A DNA stretch of 64,000 nt, taken from NCBI GenBank assembly GCA_964304625.1, contig OZ199839.1, positions 7,349,779 through 7,413,778 of the forward strand, given 5' to 3'. The position numbers were made by a program, and so were the translations under genes. The notes beneath the pieces are model-generated. The model searched no databases. It saw nothing but the letters and a program-made list of their open reading frames with translations, and was not told the DNA's origin. The DNA comes from Kudoa neothunni (lineage: Eukaryota > Animalia > Cnidaria). The stretch's first letter is position 1; each line of letters starts with the position of its first letter. This document shows, piece by piece, positions 49,125 through 61,590 of this stretch.

Positions 49125-50256
49125 TCTACGATGCATTCTTGATAACGTTTCAAAACCTCGTGTTACTTGATGAACTGTACAAAATTCTGAAAGATTAAAG
49201 ACTAATTTATCGATTCAATTTGGTTTGGATATTTTTAAAATTTTGATTTTGTGTATTGTTTTATTTCTCTCAATATTTAAAAAATGTGTTTTAAACAATG
49301 AAATCAAAATCGGGGATGTCGGACATGTCGGATATGCGCAAAAGGTCGAATTTGGTGAGGCATATACTCCCCCATTACCTGTATCTTTAATAAATGGTAT
49401 AAAAATAATGAGACATTGAGGAGCTATGGTTGTATCCTGGAGAGAGCAACATACTTATTATCGTCGTTGCGCGTGCGGATTTGCATCGAGTGTATTGTGT
49501 TTCGTTATTTATTCATTATTTACTCGATAGAATTTCCGTAAATTTTTACTTATCACATGTATCAATATTTTAATTAATTTTATGAAAGAAAAATGTGGGG
49601 TAGATTTCTACCTCAATTTTAGTTGAAAGGTGTTTAAACATTAACTTTTTCGATATACGACAAAAAAAAATTTCAACTCATTTTTCTGAAAGTTTTCATA
49701 TGGGTAAAATATTAAAAAAAGTGGAGAGGAGTTATGCTCCGATCATACACTATAATATTGTTGGCACAATTCACTTATGATAGAAATCTACCCTATTTTA
49801 TTTAGAAGGTTAAGCTAAATCTTGGATTTTTTTATTTACGAATCATGTATATTATTGAATCCTTTGAGATTAGTTATAAATAATAAGTTTTAGAATTAGG
49901 TGAAATAATCCTATTTATTGTTTTAGTAATGGGGAGAATTAATATTATTCGAAATTTTAAAAGGACATCACGATCGTCGACAATGCGCTCTTTTCCAACC
50001 CTTGGATAATTGTTACTTAATCAACTGTTCTTATTATTCGTTGATTGTATTTGGATATTCCAACGCTGTCTTAAAATTTTATTGTTTTTTAATAATATTT
50101 TTTGAAGTTATCGACGTACATTATTTTAAAGTATGGGTGAAAATTCAAGCGGAGCTCAAAAAATAGCGTGGGATAATATGTGCTTCAATCAAGATTGGTT
50201 AAAAACAGGAATTTCAGCTACTGCAAATGTTGGACGAATTTTTTCATGAATGAACA

Positions 50257-50541
50257 CAGTAAAACCTGAATAAACCAACTCATTAAAGGCTGAAACTGTA
50301 GAATGCAAACTTCCCGAAAAGCAGTTTATCAAAAGAAATAATAGTACGTGTTTGAAGTCGCATCCAACAAATAAACTAATACATGATGTGAGCAGCAGTG
50401 TCGTGAATCAACGATACCTTGAATGCTTGAAAAATGGATCAAACTTCTTAACTGAGGGTTGTTTCGTTGAATCATGAGTTTTCTATGAGTTCAACCTTGG
50501 GTTTTAATTTTTCGGAATCTCGGTTTATTGTTGAAAACCTG
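50257..50541. mobile_element. Degenerate Tigger-like MITE
   Basis: CAGTAAAACCTGAATAAACC at 50257 is loosely inverted at GGTTTATTGTTGAAAACCTG|TA. It follows a hAT-dimer-like remnant (ISATANVGRIFS*MN) at ~50210-50256. Confidence 0.4.
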
Positions 50542-51942
50542 TAAAAATTTAATAATATTATTTTTGATGTACGACATTAATATTTATATTAACGTATCCT
50601 ATTCAGATTATATCATTCAGGGTTTAAACGTGTAGGATATTGAACGACAGAACATTAGATTGTTTAACGTGCCACGGTTACATATTTATTCAGTAAACAT
50701 TGTCACACATTCGTATAAAATTAAAGCGTTATTTCAAAATATACATTGAAATATGAAGTAATTAATTGTGAATATATTGATCTATGCTAGACATTACGTA
50801 TAGGTGAGTGTTCGCGCAAAAAAATTGCAATAATATGACGATAAATTTAACTTTTGTTATATTTGCGCCAGGAAACAATCAATTTCAACTAATAGTACAG
50901 CTAAGTTATTATAGTTCAACCGAAGCTATGGTGATCACCTTGATTGTTATTGTCTAGGGGATTTCCGCCCGGTAATGTAGTGGGCTAGCGCGGAGCCCAG
51001 CCTCGGTTGATTGGGGGATTACTACAACTTTAATATCTGAAGACGTAATTATAGAATAGGAAAAAGATTAAAAACTAAAATAGATACGGTAATATTTTGT
51101 TGCACTTTAAACTAGCGTTTTTATCAACCATGGGATTGATTCAAACCCCACCGACAGCCCTGGTTAATGTGTTAGAATTTGGTGGCTTTCGAAGTAGTCA
51201 ATCCATCTAATACTTTTGTATTTCTTCAAAAATAATGTTACTTTTATGCTGAATTTCTATTAAAATTTTTTTAGAAGAAAATATTTTTGGGATTTTGTAG
51301 AGCAATTTAATTAGGTAATTTACATGAACTATCTTTAATAAGAAAATTTTTTATAAAAAAATGAGAACAAATCTTGTATATATAGTAAAAGTATTCCATT
51401 ATAATAATAAACCTAAGTAACTTTATAATCTTGCCGTTAGAATGTTAAGATCGGCAGAATTTTTTAAAGAACGTATCTATTGACATGGTATATAGTATTC
51501 GGGTGACACTAGTTTTGACTAGATTTAATTATTTCTGACCCCGAAGAGCGTAACGTTGGGGAAAAAATATTTAAATATGACAGATTATAACAAATGAAAT
51601 TCGTAAACGGCTTGTAAGTAAGAGTTGCTGAGATTAAAAATGTTGTTGTGCGCAAGCGTACATGCCTTTTAGGATTAAATTTTACCGTGTCAATAATCTC
51701 TATCTTTGTTAACTTTAAACTCAAAATTTATTCTCCTAATAGATTATTGCTAAATATGTATAATTCTAACGCTTTATAGAAAACACAATAATCAATAAAA
51801 AATAAACAACACACAATTCAATAAAGTTTCATGCATGCGATTGAAGCAAACAGATAGATTTTCAGTAGATTGAGTTGGAAATTAAATAAGATAAAGACAA
51901 AGTGCGAAGTTCGCATATAAAAAATATACTCGAGCAAAACAA

Positions 51943-54900
51943 TTAGGATTTTGGGAATAAACATCTGAATATCTTTGGAATTTTGCTCTTGGGTTTCTCG
52001 TAAGAATTCCTGAAAATAAGGGGGAGAGAAACACAGTAATATTTGAGGTCATCGAGTAATTGAGATGACGGTAAAGTGTCAAGAAAAAGGATGTATTGTA
52101 TGTAGAAATATTCGATCTCATCAACCGACTTGTAAGGAAGGTAGTTGGCTTTGATTAAGCGGAATCGATTGCCGTAATTGCGGACGCTGCTCTCTAGGAG
52201 AAGCAAGTCGGTTAGATTCCAATTTCTGTCTAGAGAAAAAAAATAAGCAGCGTTGTAAAATAGAGGTGGTAGAGAATGAATAGCGTTACTTTTTTTATAC
52301 AAATCTGATTTATAATAAGGGTGTGGTTTCCTGAACACAAGCCACATGTGCAGTCCCGTACCTTTAAAAGTTATTGGTGAGTATTAGTGAGCAAACGGTA
52401 ATTATTAAAAAGGAAAGGAAACCGACTTTAAATGTGTTATTAGTTGGTAAATATGCAATATCAACGGTTGATACGAACATTTATACAAGTGGGTTTTAAT
52501 GAGTTGGAAAAATGAGGATATTACCAAGGCAAAATAAAAAAATACATTTTTCTAGCATCCAAGCGGAAGATGGTTGTTATTGTACCCTCAGATTGACAAA
52601 AAAATACACAGAAATAAACTTATCAGAAAGAGTTTAAGAAGATTTGAGGAATTAAAAGATAAATTAGATTGTGGTAACAGCAGTGAAGTATTATCCATAT
52701 TATAAACCCCTCAATAATAAATAATATTTCCGTGGATGTGAGTAAATGAGTTGAAATGTTGTGTTTGTGTGTTATTAAGCGATTGCTTAATTTTTTTGTG
52801 GTGCCAAAAATAACATTGAAAACAACTTTCAAATTAAGCCTAATCCGTTTGTGTTCATATACTCCCCAAAAAAACTTGCCAATAAACATTATGACAAAGT
52901 AGTGTTCTTTACAAAGTGTTCAATCGAAAAACTACGTCTGTTATAAAACTGTAATTTTTGTTGGAGAGAAGTGAATTCGATCAACATTTGGGCTGTTTAT
53001 TGGTTTCGGTTGTAGAGGGATTCTTGAAGTAATCGACCAACGAGTATGAACCGTCCTGGTTTCGTAGATAAGGAAGATTTAGCTTTTCGATAGTGTTTTG
53101 CATGAAGACACTACATGAGAAAATAATAGAATATTTTATAATTTGAAACATTTGATAAATGAAAAATATAATAACAAATTGAATGGATTACTCTCGCGAG
53201 ACAGCGAATAATTCATTCTTGTTACATTTGAAAAATTGTTTTAATTCAACGTATCGTGAGCTTCTTTTCCAATAATAAAAAAACTCCACCAACTGAGGGA
53301 CAGTTTTGTCCTTTAGGTAAGCTTGACGAATATCATCAAAATTTTTGTAATGATTAAGCATCGCAAGTTCAAAAACAAGACAATCGTATCGGTCCATATG
53401 TTGGAGGTTGGAGTCATAACGAAAAGAGACTAACAGGTTTGGATCAACATCACATGCCTTTTTCACATCACCGTTACATTCCATCAAATGATACAATGCC
53501 TACAATCAAACAATGTGATTAGTGATATTGTGACTTTTTTTAAAAGCTAAATTAAAAATTTGTATCTCCTTTAAATTATATTTCATATCGATAGAAAAGT
53601 TATTAATGATCAATTAATCCATCAATCGCTTGATTTTAATCAATGTGAGGAAGTTAAACTATGTCGACAGGTAGTGAACACATATGACGATAAATATAAG
53701 TAATAAACAAAAATATATAGGTGGTTTAGTTAGTTGATCCCGTACCTTCTCGTTATCAGCTATATCTTCAATTTCGTATCTAACATTATTATTGTTGCTG
53801 CTATCGTCGTTGTTCTTGTCGCTGACTTTGTCACTGTTTTTGTTGCTGGTGTTGGTAGTGTTAGTGGAATTTTGTGACTCGGACGTGGAAGCTTTGGCGA
53901 CCTTTCGAAGATAACTTTTCACTATATCAACAGTTAAGTTCGGTAATGACAGATTGCAGGTTTGTATTTTTATCACCTTCCGACTCCGGGCATGTACTTG
54001 GTGTCCAGAGCAATGTGTCCTCTTGAGAAGACATTAAAATAGATACAGAATAGATGATGAAATACCTCTCTCAGGGATTAATGAGGGATCATATCCTCTG
54101 TAGCCTTTTGAACTGTCGTTTCTACCCTCCATTAGAGGCATAAATTTTGGCATTTTTGCTTGAAACAGACTTCCCACACGTATATTCTAAATGCACAGGT
54201 GAAATCGGTTTATCATCGACAACCCATGTACATATTTTTTACTCAACCAACTTGATCCGCTGGTTAACTCATTGGATTCACTCTCCTCGCACAAACTCAC
54301 TTCCATTTTGAGTCGTTCTACATATATCGATAAAATTTCCAACACCATAAATGTTCTAACAAATAAAATATCAAGAACTACTTGTTCGTGTGATTCGAGT
54401 GAAATCATTTGTCACAATTTTGGTGGAATCTTTATCTGTTGCAGTTTTAAGCTCGGGACTTTCAGTTTTCTGATCGTCGCTATGAGCGGTGGGTATTTTG
54501 TGTGCTGTCATTTCATTGGATATCTCCTAAATGAATACATCTGATGGTGCGACGGACATCATTGTTAAAACTCACTTGCGTATCACTCTTGAATTCTTGC
54601 TGCTTTTCGGATGAAATGTTTGAGTTGGATTGGCCAACAGTTTCTGATATCACCGACGGCTGATTTTCCATTGCGACGTTGCTGGCTTCGGTACACGCCA
54701 ACTCATCTTTCCATTCGTCGACGGTTTGATTGGATTCGTTCGACTCTATCATTGCTGGAGCTTCTAGATGCTGCTCTACCCAACCAAACATTACATAAAC
54801 ACCAATTTAGTCCTATTTTGAGAAACTATCATATCTATGAATAACTCACCAGCTTCAGCTTCACACCCCAATCTACTTTCTATTAATCGCCGAGATGCGT

Positions 54901-55551
54901 CAAATACTCTATGGGTGTTACGACAATGGATATAGTCTCTGTCTTTCTGCGTAACTATAGTTCTGATTGAATTATGCTTAAGCTTCCTACCTAATGTTTA
55001 ACTATGTTTGCGTTTTACGACATAGACACTCATTCTGACAAAGTGTACAAGTGAATTTTTCGCTTAACACCCTAATTGAGAATCGATGCAACCTCATTAA
55101 AAATTCAATCCTCGGTGTCGTAGTGTAACTTTCACAACCTATTAACCATATGAGATAAGCTTTCCACCAAATTTCGAGGTGTCGTTCGAATTACTGTTCG
55201 ATTATTTATCCAATGAACATGACTACACGCTATCGGACGCACGACCTTACCATGTCCTATCGATAATTAGGAATATGTTTAAACATGCACTTAGGATAGG
55301 CTCATTCTGTATCAGGCGATTGGCGGCTCGATTCGATTTATAACAGACATAGGATATTTGTGACAACCGTATTACCTCGAAGCAGCCGACCATCTCTGCT
55401 GTTAGCAAATTGCAACTAACTGGATGCGGTGAACCTTTGGTTGTGGTGAAATACTTTAAATTTAACACATTATTTTCATCCCGACATAGAAAAATGTAGG
55501 TGTCATCGTTTTGCTATTATTACGTAGCTCAACTTCTAATCGATCACTCAT
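51943..55551 (-). CDS. ELM2-SANT transcriptional co-repressor (MIER/MTA/RERE-like) with a second C-terminal SANT/Myb-like domain; multi-exon, 5' exons tentative
   Basis: ELM2: NIRVGSLFQAKMP..TLLWTP..KSYLRKV..DNEK|ALYHLMECNGDVKKA (MIER-like). SANT1: DCLVFELAMLNHYKNFDDIRQAYLKDKTVPQLVEFFYYWKRSSRY. SANT2: WNLTDLLLLESSVRNYGNRFRLIKANYLPYKSVDEIEYFY. Confidence 0.75.
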
Positions 55552-56074
55552 ATTAGCAATTCGTTTCGTTTGTTACGCTTTTTCAATAAATTTCTTAAGA
55601 AAGATTGTAAAAATGCTAATTATAACTGTAACTAAGAATATTTTGTTAACAAAAGGGTATAGCCACTTTTCCATCTTGGGACAAGTGGCTACTTTAAAGT
55701 TTTGTTCTCAAAAATAGAAAATTTGGTTCATTTATTACGTAAAATGTTAATTAGTTTCAAAATAATTCGTAGATATTGGAATTTGCTAACGTAAAGTTCC
55801 AAATCAGGTCACTGCTAACAAGAGTGATGATTCTATTCGTCGCCATTGTCTTTAACGTACTGTTCGCGCTGGTCGGTCAGCCTTCAACTCTGAGATTAAC
55901 AGAGGTTTTAATGCACACTGCGTTGGTCCTTCTCAATTTATTGTTTAAAAAATGGAGTAAAATTAGTGGTGTTTTGAGTAGAAACTACAAAATCGATAAG
56001 AAATGTCAATGTGTCACTTTATGGGGTTTCTTTTTCTCTCATTTTGATATAATACCCCGTTTGAACCTTTAAGA

Positions 56075-56378
56075 CAGTGATTCCGAACCGGGGTTCGGAA
56101 TGAACCCTAGGTGTTCGAAAATTGAACCAAGAATACATAAAAAAGCTTCCGAAGAACAGCAACAGAAATCTCATTCGTCATATATTCATATTTATATTAT
56201 TTGTTATTTTATAATTGAAAGATAGAAAATGAATATGTGAAATTTTTTCTTAGCGCTTTAAAAGTATATATATGTAATGAATTCTTAACACAATTCTCAT
56301 ATGAATTGATATGGGTTCAATAGACCCATGAGTGTGTCTACAAGGATTCGAAGACGCCCAAAAGGTTGAGAACCATTA
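56075..56378. mobile_element. hAT (Charlie-type) MITE
   Basis: CAGTGATTCCGAACC ... GGTTGAGAACCATTA termini, perfect 8-bp TSD CTTTAAGA (56067-56074 / 56379-56386), internal GGGTTCG repeats. Confidence 0.85.
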
Positions 56379-56809
56379 CTTTAAGACGTAAAAATTTAGG
56401 AAGGATTTTTTATCCAACTTTTTCTGACCTTAAAATATAGATTTTACAATAATAATAATAATAATAATTTTTTATTAATTCGAGTTTGAGTTTTTCGATA
56501 AATTTTAATGCAATAAAATTTGTGTTATTGTGGGCGCATGTGCAAACGAACTTTATCTTGAATGTTTACAATTTTAATCAATTATTAAATTACTGTAATG
56601 ACTAAGTTCGTGGCAAAATTTCATATTTCAGTGATCTATCTGATAATAAATTAGATATAATTTGTATGAATGGCATAATTCGGTGCAAAAAGGATTTATC
56701 TTAAGTGTAACCTGGTATTATTTAAGTCCCAATGAATAACAGAAAAATCAATGGATTATTTGACTTTAAATTGTTTGTAAAATTATTTGATGAAAAATGA
56801 GAACTTAAA

Positions 56810-57480
56810 GGCAAAGTTAAGAAAAATGGAAAACAACTCATGATTTGACAAAACATGAATTAAATTGGATACATATTTTGGTGTTGAAACAACGTTAACA
56901 ATTCGCGATCAAAGAAATAAACTTGTGTATAAGATTTTACTTCGGAAGATTAAAAGGGGTTCGAGGATATTGGTTTCGGTTCACAAAACATCCATAAAAC
57001 AATATCCGATATAATCATTCATCATTAAATATATTATAAAACTTTATATAGGTTCAGTTTCGTAATAATTTATTTTTATAATTAAACTGACTGCCGAATG
57101 AGGATTACAAAAATCAATTATTTGAACGAATAATTTTACAATTAAGTAATCTCAAAATACCATCGGAACTGCCGAACTCGATGCATACGATCAGGTGATA
57201 AAATAACCATTAACCAAAAAAATACTTAATTCAAAAATCTTATATTTTAACATAAAGGTTAGGATCGACTATATGTGTTAAAATAAAGAGTTTTTCGTCA
57301 GTTTTTGTTTCCGACAAAAGACGATTTAGGGCGAAGGAGCAGCAGTAGGATTATTTCAATATTAATACGCAATATCGAAAATATGGTTTTTACGAATATT
57401 TATACAAAAATTTTATTGTAATGACGCTAATAAATTTGAGGTGTGTTTTCAGCTGCATGTTGCCTAAAAGGAGTTAATAT
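56810..57480 (+). pseudogene. Highly decayed pogo/Tigger-like transposase remnant
   Basis: Short fragments such as YFGVETTLTIRDQRNKL (HTH-like) and MLPKRS among many stops; no TIRs identified. Confidence 0.25.
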
Positions 57481-58141
57481 TACTTGGGAGGTAAGAGAAA
57501 AGCATTTTCTCGTTATGTAAGAGTAAAATCGTTATTTTTAATCCAAGCTTGTATGTAAATTGATATCATAATTGATTCATTAATTGAATTTTTCCATCAA
57601 AATAATTCGCTCCAGTAACATTTGAATAAATTGTAGTCGTTTCATTAGAATAATATACATCCAAAATTATAATTCTTTAAATTATTTCAGATTTTATAAA
57701 TTAATGCGTTACGGTTAAATCTGTTGCCAGATTGATATTTAATTTCTGTACTAAATCCTAAATATATTTCCATGAGATTTCGACTAGAAATTATTAACTT
57801 TTGACGTTTCGATTTCATATGCAACGTGCGGAAAATTAACAGGGATGTATTCACACCAAGCAATGCATTTTTATTCGTGCCCAAATTTTCGAATTCTAAA
57901 TTATTTTGCAATTCACTCGCGTGTATGTGGGAATTCTTTTGTTATTTCGTGATCCGTTTGTGTGCATGTCACTCTCACAATTTGAAATTAGAGGTTTAAA
58001 AATCGAAATTTTTAGATATATTTAGGATTGTATATATTAAGTCACATGGTCAAACTAATGTCTGGGATTTCGTTAACTAGAGTTGTATCTTGTTTATTGT
58101 AGCTATTTTAATTAAATTATCTGGATAAATATACTAATTAA

Positions 58142-60629
58142 CCCTCCAACGGATGAAAAAACGACCACCCTCCAACGGGCTTTGGGGTAAAAAAGACCCC
58201 AGATTTTTTTAAATTTAATGTATGCAGAAAATTATTATAAACTTATGAGGGAAATATGGGAAAATTCTGCCTAAGTAACGCTGAGAAAATAATCAATTAC
58301 TTCATAATTAATCTTCAGTAATCCTCTTCGGCAAGATTAAGCAGATATCGCGATAAATCGTTTTTATAACGTATAATATGTTTAGTCTTGTTTGAAATAA
58401 TGAAAAATAACATTTTAGTAAAAAATAAAAGATAAAATATTTTCAAGGGTCCCTAATAAATTTGGTTTATATTAGCTAGCAATTTAGACATTTATTTGAC
58501 GAATGGGCGCGACAGTAGAAACTTCCACATTTTGAGCATTTGGATGAGGTTTTCTTATCGTTTTCACGAGGACAATGTTCACATCTTCGTTTAGAAGTAT
58601 TTGAATCTGCAAAGTTGTATGTTTCCATAGAAGTTGGATGAGATCTTTTTGAACATTTTTTCATTTGGGAATTTCTCTCCAAAAGAGGTTTATACAACTC
58701 TCCAGCCATTTCTTTCAGAAAATCACGTCTCAATTTTGTGGAATCGTTAAATATGTGTTTATATAGACAAAATGAATTTATCAAAGTCAAATCCAACATA
58801 TTATAAAAGACCACCATGGGCCAGCGTCGATTAAATCTGCGGACCGAAACGGAAGCCAACATCCGATCCACGGTATCTACTCCTCCTTTGGAACCATTAT
58901 AATCCACTATTGTTTCAGGCTTTTGTTTATGTGTATCGTTGGTTATGTTGGTGTTGGTTGTTCCTGAGGATAGGAGAATCACTGCTCTTCTTTTTTTGTT
59001 GACATATGAAGTGATCATATATTTATCAAAAAATATAAACATAGTGCTGAATAAGGAACGATTTCTAGACGGAAGAACACACGGTGGTAAATCTCTCTTA
59101 TTGTGTCGAATTGTTCCAAGATATGTCAGACGTTTGTCTAACAGCTTCTCGGCTAGTCTAAGGGAAGAGAAAAAATTATCTGCAACTATAGTTCTTCCTG
59201 AATTATACAAGGGAGCTGTAAGGGAAAGCACAATATTCTCACCAACACCACAGTTTTGGCTAGCTTGAGTTCCGTTCTTTCCTAGATAGGGAGAAATGTT
59301 TACAACATATTTGTGGACTGGATCGACAGCTAGGAAAAACTTTAGGCCATATTTCGCCGGCTTCATCGGCATATATTGTCTAAATGAGCATCTTCCTCTA
59401 AACGAGACTAACTGCTCGTCAACGGTAACATTTTCACCGGGGAAAAAACATATAGGTAGAGTCTGGATCCACATGTTCCATATGTTGCGAATTGGACAAA
59501 ATTTATCCAATTCTCTTCTTTCAGATCTGGTGCTTGGATTATCAAAATGAATACATCGTAGAATTTGGCGAAAACGATTAAATGAAAAGATTTCGCGATA
59601 CATCTCTCTCCCTTCCTTTATACTAAACATTTCTAAAAGAGGTTGCTCTCTGTCTTTGTAGACAGCCATCAAAATTAGTGTTCCGAAAAATCCTCTTAAT
59701 TCAACGTCGTCTAAATCATTCCATAAATCAGAAAAGTGTAATTTCCCGTGAACGTTTGTTTGTTTTATTATTTCCTGGCAAATTTCATCAGTGAAGAATA
59801 TAAAAAAACAGTCCAACACGTTTTTGACTCTTTGTATGCAATAAGCTGTTGGCCCAGGTCGAGGATTCATGATATTCTCCTTCAGCATTTTTTGATGGAG
59901 GTGGCTTATTCAATGTCCAAAGTATTCCGCTTTTGCTTGTCGTAGAATCCGCAGGATGTTCGCAATCTGATGTATCATCGGATTCTTCGGAATATTCAAG
60001 AACGGTTTCATCAATGTCGCTACTTAAAGGTTGATATTCATCGCTAAAATCCTCAGATGGTGCCATGATTATCTCAATGTGCGCAACAAACGATAAAATT
60101 GGTGTATATTTCGCGTTAACTCTCATATACGGTCCTAAGGCTTAAATTATCTATAGCTTATTTTGTAGGGGATTATTTATTGCTAGTACACGGAGGTAAT
60201 ATGTTAATTTTGTTTGTATTTAGCTAATAAACATTGACCTTGCGGTATTCATATAAACGATGGTTACGATATGTTGAGATTACATACTTAATCGGATTAC
60301 GGCGGATTATATTGATTAATAATTGCTGAATTTGACAGTATTTATTAGGCAGATTTTTTTTTAAATTTCCAAATCATCTTATAATAATTTTCTACATACA
60401 TCAAATCAAAAAAAATCTGGGGTCTTTTTTACCCCAAAGCCCGTTGGAAGATAAAAATTTTGTTCGATAAGAAATAATCAATATTCCACATAAAGATTTT
60501 TATAAATCTATTTATTAAAATAATTTAGGAGAATAGACGAAATTTCAAGTATCCCAGATAATTATAAAATATTCTATGGACAAATTAAAATCGTTTTGGG
60601 GTCTAAAAGACCCCAAGCCCGTTAGAGGG
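58142..60629 (-). mobile_element. Full-length piggyBac transposon (2488 bp)
   Basis: TTAA TSDs (58138-58141, 60630-60633). TIR CCCTCCAACGG / CCCTCTAACGG. Internal inverted repeat CCAACGGGCTTTGGGGTAAAAAAGACCCCAGATTTTTTT (~58172-58210 vs ~60410-60447). Confidence 0.95.
58476..60066 (-). CDS. piggyBac transposase (DDD triad plus Cys-rich C-terminal domain), ~529 aa; single +1 frameshift in an A6 run at 59888-59893
   Basis: Acidic N-terminus MAPSEDFSDE (ATG 60066). VTVDEQL..FRGRCSFRQYMPMKPAKYGLK, IVADNFFS, YNGSKGGVDTVD, RRWPMVVFYNMLD and CEHC..CSKC..CRAH..CLNC. Removing one A joins ORFs 59788-60126 and 58476-59888. Confidence 0.9.
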
Positions 60630-61554
60630 TTAACTAAAGCTAGGGGAATTAGATTAGCAGATGATTATCAAAATTGGAGTAATTGAGTTCTAAGTCAAGT
60701 AATAAGGCAGAATAAATAGTCTAAAAACCAACTTTTTGAACGTTATTTTTTATGTATTCTTAAGCAAATTCGGATAACAAAATAAAATAATAAGTAATGT
60801 ATGGATTCAGCTAATTATGATAACTCATAACTTCGTTACCAAATCCCGAATACTATGCGGTCAACACACGTGAAATCTTCATTAAATTTCCAAAAATGAT
60901 AAAACCTCATTTTATTGTCTACACATTAATTTCTTAATTAAATATACATCTTAAAACCATTTTCAGTAATGTTTGGTTTTCAAAATTATATGACGCGGTC
61001 ATCAATAAAACATTAACAAATCTTATTATAAATTATCTTCTCTAATATTTTTTATACATCGATTACTACATTCTTAAAAGTATATTACAATTAATTATTT
61101 AGTTTATACATTTTTTTAGGAAAATCTATTTGCATTTATATAATATTAGAATCATTTTATCATGAAATTTTTAGAGGATCAACATAATCAACTATTTAAT
61201 TTCACTACATTTTTACTTCATAAAAAAATGCTTATAAATTAATGTTTCAAAACTAATTATTTAAAGAAACTAACTTTACAAAATAAAAAAAGTATATTCC
61301 ATACTTGATTTAAACAACAGTTGATTGTAACTATTGCCTAGTTCATTAAACTTTTCTTTACTATACATGATGGATAGCCTGTAAATTTAATGTCTATTCT
61401 CTTTTAATATTATACATGTAACTATTATATTTTAAGTTTGCTGTTTATAATTAATATATATTTCCTTGAGTTAATTGAAAAGATTAACGCATTTTTGGAG
61501 TGGTTTTAAGAAATTTGGTAGTGTAAGATATTTTCAATATCGTGCAAAACCGAG

Positions 61555-61590
61555 TAATTTGCGATAATTCATTTATATAGTAGATATAGA
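61555..61590 (-). mobile_element. Orphan Helitron-like 5' terminus
   Basis: Minus strand A|TCTATATCTACTATATAAATG matches the 5' end of H3 (TCTACTATATAAA). No matching 3' CTAG hairpin was located. Confidence 0.4.

Larger units (their letters stand above)
46327..49379 (+). mobile_element. Merlin (IS1595/IS1016-related) DNA transposon, internally deleted
   Basis: ~200-bp TIRs starting GGTAATGGGGGAGTAT (46327-~46525 vs ~49180-49379). Near-8-bp TSD CGTATTTT / TGTATCTT. Transposase remnant on the plus strand. Confidence 0.88.
45760..49809. mobile_element. TTAA-flanked non-autonomous piggyBac-like element (outer layer of a nest)
   Basis: TTAA|CCTTCTAAATA at 45756 and TATTTAGAAGG|TTAA ending 49809. 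A ~45-bp internal inverted repeat lies at 45781-45828 vs 49591-49637. Confidence 0.72.

Noticed and set aside
50950-50972. RNase MRP/P RNA suggested by minus-strand GGAAATCCCC
   Set aside because: No downstream complementary CR-V segment to form the P4 helix.
55030-55420. ING-type PHD finger (CNLLTAEMVGC ... CTLC) at the N-terminus of the ELM2-SANT gene
   Set aside because: The EMVGC frame cannot be spliced in phase to the following exon. The phase-consistent model uses another frame and lacks the C4HC3 pattern.
9364-55551. Non-canonical splice sites or stop-codon reassignment as the cause of fragmented ORFs
   Set aside because: Every junction I could anchor in conserved protein sequence (ORP9, ferritin, USP, INTS4, SPC25, pogo) resolves with GT-AG introns and the standard code. 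An apparent GG donor near 16730 disappears if 16676-16844 is one intron.
58939-59945. Plus-strand ORFs 58939-59268, 59296-59550 and 59748-59945
   Set aside because: Antisense shadows of the piggyBac transposase.
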